From NCBI GenBank assembly GCA_035529595.1, contig DATKWK010000035.1, positions 113,067 through 177,066 of the forward strand: a stretch of DNA of 64,000 nucleotides. The letters run 5' to 3'. Numbering within the stretch: the first letter of the stretch is position 1; each line of letters starts with the position of its first letter. Below the pieces are notes generated by a model, which was not told where the DNA came from, searched no databases, and worked only from the letters and a program-made list of their open reading frames with translations. Position numbers and translations under genes: made by a program. This document shows positions 27,635 through 37,165 of this stretch, piece after piece. This DNA is from Candidatus Bathyarchaeia archaeon. GTDB lineage: Bacteria > Patescibacteriota > Microgenomatia > PFEM01 > JAFGMK01.

Positions 27635-28760
27635 AAATCGCTAATGTTTCTCTTGCCATTTTATACCAACTAAAATGAGAAACTCTTTGATAACCGTTCC
27701 GGATTAGCTCCATTCTTAATTTTCTGTTATCGATAACCTGCAAAATTTTGGTTTTTATATCGTTTATCTGATTGGGCTGGAAATAAGAAGCGGCATCTTG
27801 ATAGATTTCGGGCAAACAAGAAGCGCGCGAACAGACAACCGACAAACCGACGGCCATTGCCTCAAGGCCGGGCAAACCGAAGCCTTCTAAAAGAGAAGGG
27901 AAAACAAAAGCTTCAGCTTGTTGATAAAGCCGGGCTAAATCTTCATCCGGAACAAAACCAGCTAACACGACATACTTATCTATCTTCTTTTCTCCGATAA
28001 TCTTTTTGAGCCGCTGCCAAAAAACGTTTTTGGCACAAGCAATAACCAAATACAGTTCTCGTTCCTGATTTATTTTCTTGATCGCCTCCACCAACTTAGC
28101 GATATTCTTATGAGGATATAAATTACCCGTATAAATAACAAAGGGTTGTTTAATCTCATATTTAATCAACAACTCACGGACTTTTTTTTGGTTAGATATT
28201 TTAGTTAGTCCCTTAAAATTATCACTGACCGATTCGTAAGTAACCTTGACTTTTTTCCTTTTGAGTTTAAATTTCGCAACCAGTTTTTTTTGCCACCAAA
28301 AACTTGGCACAATAATCCTGTCAGCTCGCCTCACACCGGCATTGACGATTAACAAATAACCTAAGTATTTAAACCAATATAAAAGGGAGGGGCGAGTAGT
28401 AGTCAGAGACCCTTTGGATTCATGTTTAATCAGATCATGAATAGTAACTACAAATTTACCTTGATAAAGAATTGGCAAATTAAAATGGGGAAAATGGACC
28501 AAGTCGACTTTTTCTTTCTCAAGTATTTTTTTAAAATGAATTTGCTCCGCAAAAGAATAATTGGCAAAGTCAGCTAAGACCTTCTTGAATTTCGGGTTTT
28601 TAAACTTCAATTGATTGAAGTACTGCCTTCTTAAGAAGATTATATATTCGTTTTTTCGATCAATCTTTTCAAGATGTTTAACTAACTCCATTATATACCG
28701 GCCGATACCGGTATGCTTAATTCCCCAAAAACGAGCATCAATTCCTATTTTCATAATCAA
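27606..28760 (-). CDS. glycosyltransferase family 1/4 (GT-B)
   Basis: 384 aa. 'EGFGLPGLEAMAVGLSVVCS'. Confidence 0.75.
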   Translation of the reverse strand: MIMKIGIDARFWGIKHTGIGRYIMELVKHLEKIDRKNEYIIFLRRQYFNQLKFKNPKFKKVLADFANYSFAEQIHFKKILEKEKVDLVHFPHFNLPILYQGKFVVTIHDLIKHESKGSLTTTRPSLLYWFKYLGYLLIVNAGVRRADRIIVPSFWWQKKLVAKFKLKRKKVKVTYESVSDNFKGLTKISNQKKVRELLIKYEIKQPFVIYTGNLYPHKNIAKLVEAIKKINQERELYLVIACAKNVFWQRLKKIIGEKKIDKYVVLAGFVPDEDLARLYQQAEAFVFPSLLEGFGLPGLEAMAVGLSVVCSRASCLPEIYQDAASYFQPNQINDIKTKILQVIDNRKLRMELIRNGYQRVSHFSWYKMARETLAIYESITKEAQ

Positions 28761-28854
28761 ATTCAGATCTGCTCCACCCTCTTCAGGCTGGATTGATTAT
28801 TAAGTTTAAAAAAACTAACACAAACAGCCCCCAAGACACCCGGTGGTGGAGAGA

Positions 28855-29793
28855 TTATAATTTTAAGTAGTGACTCGTTAATCTCAGATAACCTTTGGCT
28901 CTGATCCCTACAAGAACCAGCGACGTCATCCAGTCCGGATATTTATCTTGGTAAAATTTTTTATAGAAGATCTCCATTGCCCTTATTGATGCTTCTGCCG
29001 ATCGAAGACGGGTTCTTCGGTCTGCTCGGCTGATTGCTTTCGATTCATTTCTTAGGCCGGAACTGGCCCCTTTATGATGTCTCAAAAGAGGTTCGGCATA
29101 AAACATCACCCGCCAACCTGCCTCTTTAATTCGATAAAAAAAATCTAGGTCTTCCCCATAGAAGAAATAGCTTTCATCCCAAGTGCCGACTTGATTGATA
29201 ACATCTCTTCTAACCAGCATAAATGTCCCGAAACCGGCGTCAATTTCATGAACCTGGTCAAGGTCCTGATAGAGCTTATGATATTGCCCAAAAAAATGGC
29301 TTTTAGGAAATAGCCTTTCTAAGCCCAGAAAAAATGTTAGTGAAGCCCATGGTGTGGGAAAACCGCGATGGCAATCGGGATCCATCTTACCGGATGTTAA
29401 TAGAGTTTTTGGAGTAACGGCACCAATAGTCTCATCCTTATCCATAAATTCAATCATTTTTCTGAGGGAATTAGGATAAATTTCAGTATCTGAATTTAGA
29501 AAAAGAATATATCTGCCCTTGGCCTTCTTCAACCCTAAATTATTTCCTCTGGAAAAACCGACATTTTTTTTACTGATTACTAATACAGCCTCAGGGAACT
29601 GCCGTCTTACCAAATAAGGACTGTTGTCTTTTGAAGCATTATCAACAACTATCACTTCAATCCGCTGATTGCCGGCAGTTTTGACTGCTCTAAATACCGC
29701 CTCAAGGCAATTCCTGAGTAATAACTCAGTGTTAAAGCTTAAAATTATCAGTGACAAATCAGTTTTTACCATTGGTAATCTCCCGGTAAACAT
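28855..29793 (-). CDS. glycosyltransferase family 2 (GT-A)
   Basis: 312 aa. 'LSLIILSFNTELLLRNCLEAV', 'VVDNASKDNS', DxD-type 'LNSDTE'. Confidence 0.75.
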   Translation of the reverse strand: MFTGRLPMVKTDLSLIILSFNTELLLRNCLEAVFRAVKTAGNQRIEVIVVDNASKDNSPYLVRRQFPEAVLVISKKNVGFSRGNNLGLKKAKGRYILFLNSDTEIYPNSLRKMIEFMDKDETIGAVTPKTLLTSGKMDPDCHRGFPTPWASLTFFLGLERLFPKSHFFGQYHKLYQDLDQVHEIDAGFGTFMLVRRDVINQVGTWDESYFFYGEDLDFFYRIKEAGWRVMFYAEPLLRHHKGASSGLRNESKAISRADRRTRLRSAEASIRAMEIFYKKFYQDKYPDWMTSLVLVGIRAKGYLRLTSHYLKL

Positions 29794-30952
29794 TATCTAA
29801 CTTTTTGGCTGAAATCTGCCAGTCATAATTTAAACTGGTCAATCTCCTGGCCGCAAAAGCAATTTTTAGAGCTAACTCACGATTGTTGATCAGGCGAATG
29901 ACGTTGGTAGCTAATTCTTGACTTGTCTCACCTTTTAGATAATGAACTCCATTTTTGACTCTAATCCCTTCCACACCTTTGGCCGTGGCTACCACCGGTA
30001 AACCGGAAGCCATTGCTTCAAAAATTTTTAAACGTGACCCGCCTCCGCTTCTGAAAGGAGCAATAAATACCCAACCGGTTTGATAGGCTTCCCGAATATC
30101 GCGAACTTTTTTGACCCTTATTCGCGGATCACAAACCCTAACAAACTCTTCACTATGGCGTCCGACAATCAACAGTCTTACTTGCTGATTTTTCTTGACA
30201 ATTAAGGGCCAAATTTTTTTCACCAGTAAATCAACGGCTTCTTTGTTTTGCAGCCATTTAAAATTGCCCACAAAAACAACTGTCGGAACTGCTTCCTTGG
30301 CCGTAACTTTTTTTGAAAAGTAATTACAATCAACCCCATTAGGTACAACACGGACATTGACTTTTTTAACCAATTGAATAATCATTTTTTGATCGCTTTC
30401 TGAAACAGCGGCTACTAAATCTGCTTTCCGCCAATAAAATTTCTCCCACCATTCAAGTTTAAAGATATCAAAATAAAGAAATGGTTTTAAGAAAAAAAGA
30501 TAATAAGGTAAGGTTTTAACAAAGTGATCGTAAACTTGACATTCAATTGTCTGTTCGACAAGCAGGATCGGAATCTTCGTCGGTGGAATATGGGACATGA
30601 CGTAGAAAGTCTCAGCGTGAATTAAATCAAAATTTTCTTTAGCAATTTCTTCTTTAATTTTTTTCTTGGCCAGAGCTGAAAAATTACGGACAACCAAAAA
30701 AGGATCAAAAGAAAACCCGGTGCGAATTATATTCCTTAAAGTCCACGGACTAGAAGGCCGGTCGAAAGCCCAAACGCGAGCACAAAATTTTTCTAATTCT
30801 TTGATATACTTTTTTTCTTGATTGTTCTTTACGAGAGAAATAAGGAAAATCTGGTGTTTATGGGCTAAATTCTTAATTAAATGATAAGAACGAACCTGTC
30901 CGCCTGAGAAAGGAGGATAAGGTAAATAGGGAGTAATCATTAAAATTTTCAT
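29759..30952 (-). CDS. glycosyltransferase family 1/4 (GT-B)
   Basis: 397 aa. 'GGSRLKIFEAMASGLPVVATAKGV'. Confidence 0.75.
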   Translation of the reverse strand: MKILMITPYLPYPPFSGGQVRSYHLIKNLAHKHQIFLISLVKNNQEKKYIKELEKFCARVWAFDRPSSPWTLRNIIRTGFSFDPFLVVRNFSALAKKKIKEEIAKENFDLIHAETFYVMSHIPPTKIPILLVEQTIECQVYDHFVKTLPYYLFFLKPFLYFDIFKLEWWEKFYWRKADLVAAVSESDQKMIIQLVKKVNVRVVPNGVDCNYFSKKVTAKEAVPTVVFVGNFKWLQNKEAVDLLVKKIWPLIVKKNQQVRLLIVGRHSEEFVRVCDPRIRVKKVRDIREAYQTGWVFIAPFRSGGGSRLKIFEAMASGLPVVATAKGVEGIRVKNGVHYLKGETSQELATNVIRLINNRELALKIAFAARRLTSLNYDWQISAKKLDNVYREITNGKN

Positions 30953-32442
30953 CTCAGATCAAAAATTATATATTGGTCAGTTTGTTTGATCAATCTAAAC
31001 TTATCTTTCAGATAACGGCCAAACTCCAAGTTTTCAAACTGGTTAAATTTAGTCGTGACAAAATACTGTGCCCCTAGCAAGCGGGCCTTTTCGATTGAGG
31101 CCACCTCATTGGGGAAGAATGAAGCGTAGCCGCCACTCCATCCGTAGCGGTTACAGTTATAAAGCAAGCTGGCATCGTTGGAATCTCCGGTTAAAATCAA
31201 GGCATCTTTAGGCGTGAGTGAATCAACCGCCTTACCTGCCAAATCAACTCCACCCTGGAGGTTATAAAAGTCACGCACCTGATACCAGGAAAAAGCTAAC
31301 ATAAAAACCAAGCTTAAACCAGCAGCGGTCAAACTAACAAAACGGTTAAGATATCTTTTCGGCGCTTTAGAAAAAAGAAAATCAGCTCCTCTGGCCAAAA
31401 AAACTGCTCCGATCGGGACAAAAACAATCTGGTAGTAGTCATGGGTAACATTACCAGCCGCGAAGACCATTATATAAATTAGAAAACTGACTAACCACCA
31501 ATGATAGAACCAGCCTGATTTTTGTGTCGGCTTAAGCGCTAATCCTATAACAAGAAACGGCAAACCCCAACAACCTAAAATCAGTTTCCCGATTCTTTCG
31601 TCAAAAATCCAGCGAAAAAAAGCCGGCCGGAAACGAATACCGCCTTGATTAAAAAGCCAGTCATAAGGAGGAATTCCGGCCGGATATTGACTAATCCACC
31701 GGCGCCACAAAACAATCGGCAAGATACTAATGACCAGATAAATAAATAGAGCTAACAGATATTTCTTGTGTAACAGCTTCCGCCATCCCCATATTTTAAA
31801 AATCAGGTATGTCATCGGCAAAGCCAAAAAAAGAGGAAAAACTTTCTGTGTCAAACTGATCATGGCCCAAAAAAGAGCTAAGAAAAAACTGGTTATGTTT
31901 CCGCGAACCAGCCAATTTTTAAAAAAATAAATCATCCCTAGAGAAGTAAAGACCATGAACGGTTCAGGTAAAATTACCCGGCTATAATAAATACTGAATG
32001 GTAAAAGCGCAAAGAATAGTGCTGCCCAAAGAGCCACCTCTTGGCTATCAGTCTCTTTAACAAAATAATAAATAAAAATTATCGATCCCAAAGAAGAAAG
32101 AATAGATACTCCTCTGGCTAAAGCGAGGTTAATCCCAAAAAAATAGTAAAGAAGAGCAACTAACGAGTTATATATGGGCGGTTCAGCCAGAAATAATCTC
32201 TCGGAGTTAGGCATATCCGGAGCATGGAGAGGGGTGAAATTATCGATCTTCGGTCTCAAGAAGTCAAAACCCTCTTTAATAAAATTTCTAGCCACGGATG
32301 CAGTATCGGCCTGCCTCCATGAATGATGATCGGCCAAAGGAATATTTAGCTTGTAAAGGCGGACCGTTAAAGCAATAATCAGGATAAAAATCAATCGCAG
32401 ATTAACTTTTCCTTTCCTTTTCGGTTCCAACATATGTTGCAT
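30949..32442 (-). CDS. GT-C fold membrane glycosyltransferase, ArnT/PMT (GT39/GT83)-like
   Basis: 497 aa, ~11 TM. N-terminal loop 'PLADHHSWRQADTASVARNF' resembles the PMT_2/ArnT DE-type motif. Confidence 0.6.
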   Translation of the reverse strand: MQHMLEPKRKGKVNLRLIFILIIALTVRLYKLNIPLADHHSWRQADTASVARNFIKEGFDFLRPKIDNFTPLHAPDMPNSERLFLAEPPIYNSLVALLYYFFGINLALARGVSILSSLGSIIFIYYFVKETDSQEVALWAALFFALLPFSIYYSRVILPEPFMVFTSLGMIYFFKNWLVRGNITSFFLALFWAMISLTQKVFPLFLALPMTYLIFKIWGWRKLLHKKYLLALFIYLVISILPIVLWRRWISQYPAGIPPYDWLFNQGGIRFRPAFFRWIFDERIGKLILGCWGLPFLVIGLALKPTQKSGWFYHWWLVSFLIYIMVFAAGNVTHDYYQIVFVPIGAVFLARGADFLFSKAPKRYLNRFVSLTAAGLSLVFMLAFSWYQVRDFYNLQGGVDLAGKAVDSLTPKDALILTGDSNDASLLYNCNRYGWSGGYASFFPNEVASIEKARLLGAQYFVTTKFNQFENLEFGRYLKDKFRLIKQTDQYIIFDLR

Positions 32443-33912
32443 TTATCTTAACTTTTCTAATCGAACGATTATACCCAACAAAGCGCCCGCAAATATCCAG
32501 AAAATGAATGCCACCTTTGAAGCTTCAAAAACGTCGATAAACAAGGCATTTATCAAAAACCCAACCAGTCCTCCGGCTAATCCGACGACAATTGCTTTCT
32601 CAAAAACTGACTGGGGTTTTCTTATAAAAAGAATAAGCCTGCTGGTTAGCTCCAAAAAAATAAGAGATAAGGCCCCAAATCCGAGAAGGCCAGTCTCGGC
32701 TAAAGCCCGCAAATAATCATTGTCGGTTGCCAAAGTCACCGAAGAGTAACCGGTTCCCAATAAAGGGTTTTTGGCAAAAGCCCGAATTGCTCGTGGCCAT
32801 TCGACCCTAAAGCGAATCTCTCCTGACCGCTGAGCGGCAATTTCAACAGACTCGGGTTGCGGGAACTGGGCGGAAATAGTGGCTTTTTGGGCCTTTTTTT
32901 TATCGAGGGTGACCTTTTCCTTCTGTGCCGGTGCGACTGAAGTAACCGGACCGGAAGGGGTGCGGGATGTAAGGGCAACCGGTAACGGCTCAGGTGTTAA
33001 TGTGGGAGCAAGAACGATCTGTCTTTCCATCTGCCCAATCTTAGGCGAGAGAAAACTTAAGTCGATTTTGAAAGTAGCTGCGTACCGCTGGCCCAGTTCT
33101 GAATTAAAAACCATTACCAGCAAACTTAAGAAACAAACAGGCAAAATCCACTTTGATCTCTTCGTTAATAATAAAACAATAATGATTGAGAACAGATAAG
33201 CGCCAAAAGAAATTCGCGAAGCGGTAAGCAGCAGTAAATAAAAAGCTAAAACAATCAAAACAAGGGCCAGAAATTTTAAAACCCAACTGCTTACCCCAAT
33301 GAGAAAACCAAAGCATAAAGTGATAACCAAAACGCTAAAAGCGGCCAAATCATAATGACCGGCAAAAGTAGAATTTATCCGCGTCCACTCGCTCAAGTAT
33401 AGCACCAGCCCTTTAGAAAACTCTTCATTCATAGTCGAAATTACCGGCCAGTTGAAAAACTTTTGGCCGATTCCAAATACGGTTACCCCGATGGTGGCAA
33501 GAAAGATAGCCACCCAAAAACCGTCGATATTTTTCCGTTCCCGTAAAGCAGCCAACGTTACAAAAAAAAGGGACATATATTCTAACCGGCGCAGGTAATG
33601 AAGCAGGGATAGATGCGGAACAACGATCCTAGTAATTGTTAAGGCACTGACTAGAGAAAGGGCACCTGCGGCAAAGTACCAGAGTACTAAACGCGATGCC
33701 CTCTCTTTAAAAGTCGGCCAGCCGTGCTTAATTTCCAGGAGAAACCAAACCCCAAGGACTAGGGCAACAAAAAAATCTTCCAGCCTTACCGCGACATAAG
33801 TACCCGGTACTTTAAATAAGGGAAATTTCGGGTATAAGGGAATAAAGAGCAGCAAGCTAATTATGCTCAAATATAGAATATTGTCCTCAAGATATCCGAA
33901 AAGCTTCCGCAT
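32443..33912 (-). CDS. O-antigen ligase / Wzy-type polymerase family membrane protein with Pro/Thr-rich periplasmic loop
   Basis: 489 aa polytopic. 'FAKNPLLGTGYSSVTLATDNDYLRALAETGLLGF' matches the Wzy_C (O-antigen ligase) motif. Inserted loop 'PTLTPEPLPVALTSRTPSGPVTSVAPAQKEK'. Confidence 0.65.
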   Translation of the reverse strand: MRKLFGYLEDNILYLSIISLLLFIPLYPKFPLFKVPGTYVAVRLEDFFVALVLGVWFLLEIKHGWPTFKERASRLVLWYFAAGALSLVSALTITRIVVPHLSLLHYLRRLEYMSLFFVTLAALRERKNIDGFWVAIFLATIGVTVFGIGQKFFNWPVISTMNEEFSKGLVLYLSEWTRINSTFAGHYDLAAFSVLVITLCFGFLIGVSSWVLKFLALVLIVLAFYLLLLTASRISFGAYLFSIIIVLLLTKRSKWILPVCFLSLLVMVFNSELGQRYAATFKIDLSFLSPKIGQMERQIVLAPTLTPEPLPVALTSRTPSGPVTSVAPAQKEKVTLDKKKAQKATISAQFPQPESVEIAAQRSGEIRFRVEWPRAIRAFAKNPLLGTGYSSVTLATDNDYLRALAETGLLGFGALSLIFLELTSRLILFIRKPQSVFEKAIVVGLAGGLVGFLINALFIDVFEASKVAFIFWIFAGALLGIIVRLEKLR

Positions 33913-34762
33913 AAGTTCCTTTCAAATATTTATCTTGCGTTAGACAGCCAATTATCAAAGCCAAAAAAGCTTTTAATTTCAGCATCAAACGCAAAACCGC
34001 CAACTCAGGTAGAGAACGATGCTTTTTGTAAAAATATATTAAACCCCGGTAGATATTTAATATCGGATCCTTTTTACCTGTTTCCGAACTGCCCCGTCCT
34101 AAATGAGTAATCTTTGCCTCCGGGTAAAAAACTACCTCATATCCTGTTCTTTTTATTCGATAACAAAGCTCTAATTCGTCCATATACATAAAAATATGCT
34201 CATCGAAAACACCAACCTCGTCCAGAACTTTTTTCTTAAGCATCATCGCCGCCCCCATCACCCAATCGACTTTCTTAATTTTATCAAAAGAACCGCGAAC
34301 AGAGTCACTGGGGCGAAAATGTTCTTTAAAAAGCATCACAGCAGTGACCCAAAGATAGGGGAACAAACCGGCTGAGGACTGATTACTGCCGTCGATGTTT
34401 AAAAGCCGGCAGCCAATTACTCCTGCCTGATTATTCGCTCTTAGGTAATTCACCATCATAATCAAGGCTTTCCTATGAACAAGCGTGTCGGAATTAAGAA
34501 ACAAAACATAATTCCCTCGCGCTTTTCTGATTCCCTGGTTATTACCACGGGCAAAGCCCAGATTTTTCTTATTAACGAATAAACGGACCCGGGGATAGAG
34601 TTCTTTAAGCATCTTCACCGATTCATCTTGGGAATTGTTATCAATCACGATTACTTCAAAGTTTAACTCCGGGCTGTTTTCATAAAGACTCTTCAAGCAG
34701 TTCTTAAGCAGCCGACAGGTATTGAAGCTTAAGATAATAATAGACAGAGTGATCTTTTTCAT
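33887..34762 (-). CDS. glycosyltransferase family 2 (GT-A)
   Basis: 291 aa. 'LSIIILSFNTCRLLKNCLKSL', 'VIDNNSQDES', 'LNSDT'. Confidence 0.75.
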   Translation of the reverse strand: MKKITLSIIILSFNTCRLLKNCLKSLYENSPELNFEVIVIDNNSQDESVKMLKELYPRVRLFVNKKNLGFARGNNQGIRKARGNYVLFLNSDTLVHRKALIMMVNYLRANNQAGVIGCRLLNIDGSNQSSAGLFPYLWVTAVMLFKEHFRPSDSVRGSFDKIKKVDWVMGAAMMLKKKVLDEVGVFDEHIFMYMDELELCYRIKRTGYEVVFYPEAKITHLGRGSSETGKKDPILNIYRGLIYFYKKHRSLPELAVLRLMLKLKAFLALIIGCLTQDKYLKGTYAEAFRIS

Positions 34763-35328
34763 TATAATTTCTTTCTAAAAGAAAGATAGACTGATCTTGC
34801 TTCAGCAAGAATTTTAATTGACAGAACGATGGCCAAGGTGAAGATAAGCAAGCTGAGTAAGCGGGATGAGGGCATGAGGCGTAAAGTAACTTTACGTTGA
34901 TAAAAGCGGTCATTTTTGTTAATTATTTGAGTGGGATCTTTGGCATTTTTTAATTGCGGGTCTTCGGCCGAATCCCAGCCGTTAATAAATAAAGAGTCGC
35001 GACCGGGATGAACAAGCTCATAAAGAAAGGTCGCATTGGTGGTATCCCGAATTGCCCGGCGGGTATATTCCGGCGGATGATTAAGAACAATAACCGGCAA
35101 GGGCAAATTTAGAAAAGATGAGCGAGAAAAAGCATTTTCATAAAACTTGACTACTTCTTGACGGGAAATGTCGGTATAGTAGGCAGAAACCCCGGAAATT
35201 TGTACCGTATCACCCGGCTCATCCGATTTTAAAGAATCAGGAAGAGGCGGAACAGAAGGAACCGGTAACATGAAGTAAATCAGAATTAACGAAATTGGAA
35301 TAAACACTAATCTTCTGAATATTTTCAT
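34762..35328 (-). CDS. hypothetical bitopic membrane protein
   Basis: 188 aa. N-terminal signal anchor and C-terminal TM. No recognisable family. Confidence 0.4.
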   Translation of the reverse strand: MKIFRRLVFIPISLILIYFMLPVPSVPPLPDSLKSDEPGDTVQISGVSAYYTDISRQEVVKFYENAFSRSSFLNLPLPVIVLNHPPEYTRRAIRDTTNATFLYELVHPGRDSLFINGWDSAEDPQLKNAKDPTQIINKNDRFYQRKVTLRLMPSSRLLSLLIFTLAIVLSIKILAEARSVYLSFRKKL

Positions 35329-35963
35329 TGAAAAAGCCTGGATCTGCCAAGACGATACTGGTATTTTGTTATTTTTCGGGCTGCAATCTCCCTGGCCGGC
35401 ACACCGGCAACGATTTTTCCTGAAGCAATATCCTTAGTAACTACTGCCCCGGCGGCTACCACTGCCCCTTTACCGATTTTTACCCCCGGTAAAATAATTA
35501 CTCTTGGTCCGATAAAAACGTAGTCCCCGATTTCTACCGAAGCTTCTATTGCTTTCATCTCCTCATCATGAATATTATGTTCGGAATTATAAATCAAAAC
35601 TTGTGAGGCAATATCGGTATGCGAACCGATTGTTAGCAAAGCCCGGCCGTCTAAGAAAGCAAACTCGCCGACTAGAGTATCCTCGCCGATTCGGATCTTT
35701 CCCGGATCGAAAAATCTGGCTCCAAAATGAATTTTTGATCCCTGACCGATTTTCAAGCCGGCAACCTGATAGATAATTTTTCGCCAGAACCAAAAGGGGC
35801 AATAACCGGACATATCAACGATAAAAATTTTAAAGTCAAGCCACCAATTATAAATCCTGGCAGCCGCCTTTTGGAATGCTTGAACTACCGGTAACCGGTT
35901 TCCCTGTTTATCGGTAAAAACAATCCCCTTCTTGCTTACGCGAATATTTTCTGAATAGAGCAT
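35325..35963 (-). CDS. hexapeptide-repeat (left-handed beta-helix) acyl/acetyltransferase
   Basis: 212 aa. Imperfect hexapeptide repeats 'IGDYVFIGPRVIILPGVKIGKGAVVAAGAVVTKDI'. Confidence 0.7.
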   Translation of the reverse strand: MLYSENIRVSKKGIVFTDKQGNRLPVVQAFQKAAARIYNWWLDFKIFIVDMSGYCPFWFWRKIIYQVAGLKIGQGSKIHFGARFFDPGKIRIGEDTLVGEFAFLDGRALLTIGSHTDIASQVLIYNSEHNIHDEEMKAIEASVEIGDYVFIGPRVIILPGVKIGKGAVVAAGAVVTKDIASGKIVAGVPAREIAARKITKYQYRLGRSRLFQ

Positions 35964-36019
35964 ATCTATTACCTATCCAACGATCCAGCCAGCTTTAACT
36001 CCACGCCGGGGGTGGATTG

Positions 36020-37144
36020 CTATTGACACCTTGGGTTCTGGCTAACTTTTTCCAAGATAGTCAGAGTCTGTCGGGCGCATTTACGCCAGGAAAATTGACT
36101 CGCCCTTTCTATTCCTTTTTGCCGTAATTCTTGTCTCTTTACTATCGCCTCCTCGATTCCCCGAGCAATACTTTCCGGCGAATACGGATCAACCAGCATC
36201 CCAGCTTGGCCAACTATTTCCGGCAGACTGGCGATGTTGGCGACCACTACCGGCGTCCCGACGGCCATTGCCTCAAGCACCGGTATGCCGAAGCCTTCCC
36301 AAAATGAAGGCATCACGAAAAGCTCAGCGCCGGCCATCAAACCGACAACGTCTTTTTCGTCAACAAAACCGGGGAAAATCACCCTATCCTGCAAATTTAA
36401 ATCCTTTACTTTTTGATAAATTGATTCATACAACCAGCCCTTTTTGCCCGCAATTACCAGTTTGACTTTTGTCGCCTTGGATTTTCCAAGTTGCTCGAAG
36501 GCTTCTAGCAAACCCTCAATATTTTTATTGGGCTTTAAAGTTCCTAAAAAAAGGAGATATTTCCCTTCAATATGATACTTCTTGGCAATCTTATTGACTA
36601 CTGGTTCTCGAATCCCAGCTCGATACTGAGACCGGGAATAACTTAACGGCGTTGCCGTAACTTTATCCGGCAGTATCCGATAAGTCTTAATTATATCATT
36701 CCGGGTGAATTCGGAGATAGCAAAAATGTGACTGGCTCTTTTTATGGAAAAATAAGTCCAGAATTTGAGTTTGGCGCGGATCGGCAAAGTAAATTGTCCG
36801 GGATAACGCAGGTAGCCTAAATCCATGACGGAAACAACCAGCGGTGCCGGAAAAAACAGAGGTGAATAATGACCCGGGTTAAAAACAACATCCGGTTTTG
36901 GCTCTTGTCTGAAAAGAGCCAAAGGCAAACCCAAAACATTCCATAATCTTGCCGGGCCGACTATCTTATACTGCCAATTTTTTCTCCCGATAGGTAAATC
37001 GGGCACAGGCGGCTTTGACAGATAAACGCAGTAACTATTCTTTAAATCAAGCCGATAGAGGGCTTTGATTAGTTCAAAGGCGTACTGGTTTGATCCGACC
37101 CGGTTTTTGATGTTGGCTTCGTAGCCGATTAGAGCAATATTCAT
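36020..37144 (-). CDS. glycosyltransferase family 1/4 (GT-B)
   Basis: 374 aa. 'EGFGIPVLEAMAVGTPVVVANI'. Confidence 0.75.
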   Translation of the reverse strand: MNIALIGYEANIKNRVGSNQYAFELIKALYRLDLKNSYCVYLSKPPVPDLPIGRKNWQYKIVGPARLWNVLGLPLALFRQEPKPDVVFNPGHYSPLFFPAPLVVSVMDLGYLRYPGQFTLPIRAKLKFWTYFSIKRASHIFAISEFTRNDIIKTYRILPDKVTATPLSYSRSQYRAGIREPVVNKIAKKYHIEGKYLLFLGTLKPNKNIEGLLEAFEQLGKSKATKVKLVIAGKKGWLYESIYQKVKDLNLQDRVIFPGFVDEKDVVGLMAGAELFVMPSFWEGFGIPVLEAMAVGTPVVVANIASLPEIVGQAGMLVDPYSPESIARGIEEAIVKRQELRQKGIERASQFSWRKCARQTLTILEKVSQNPRCQ

Positions 37145-37165
37145 AAAAGTAAGATTAATTTCGTT

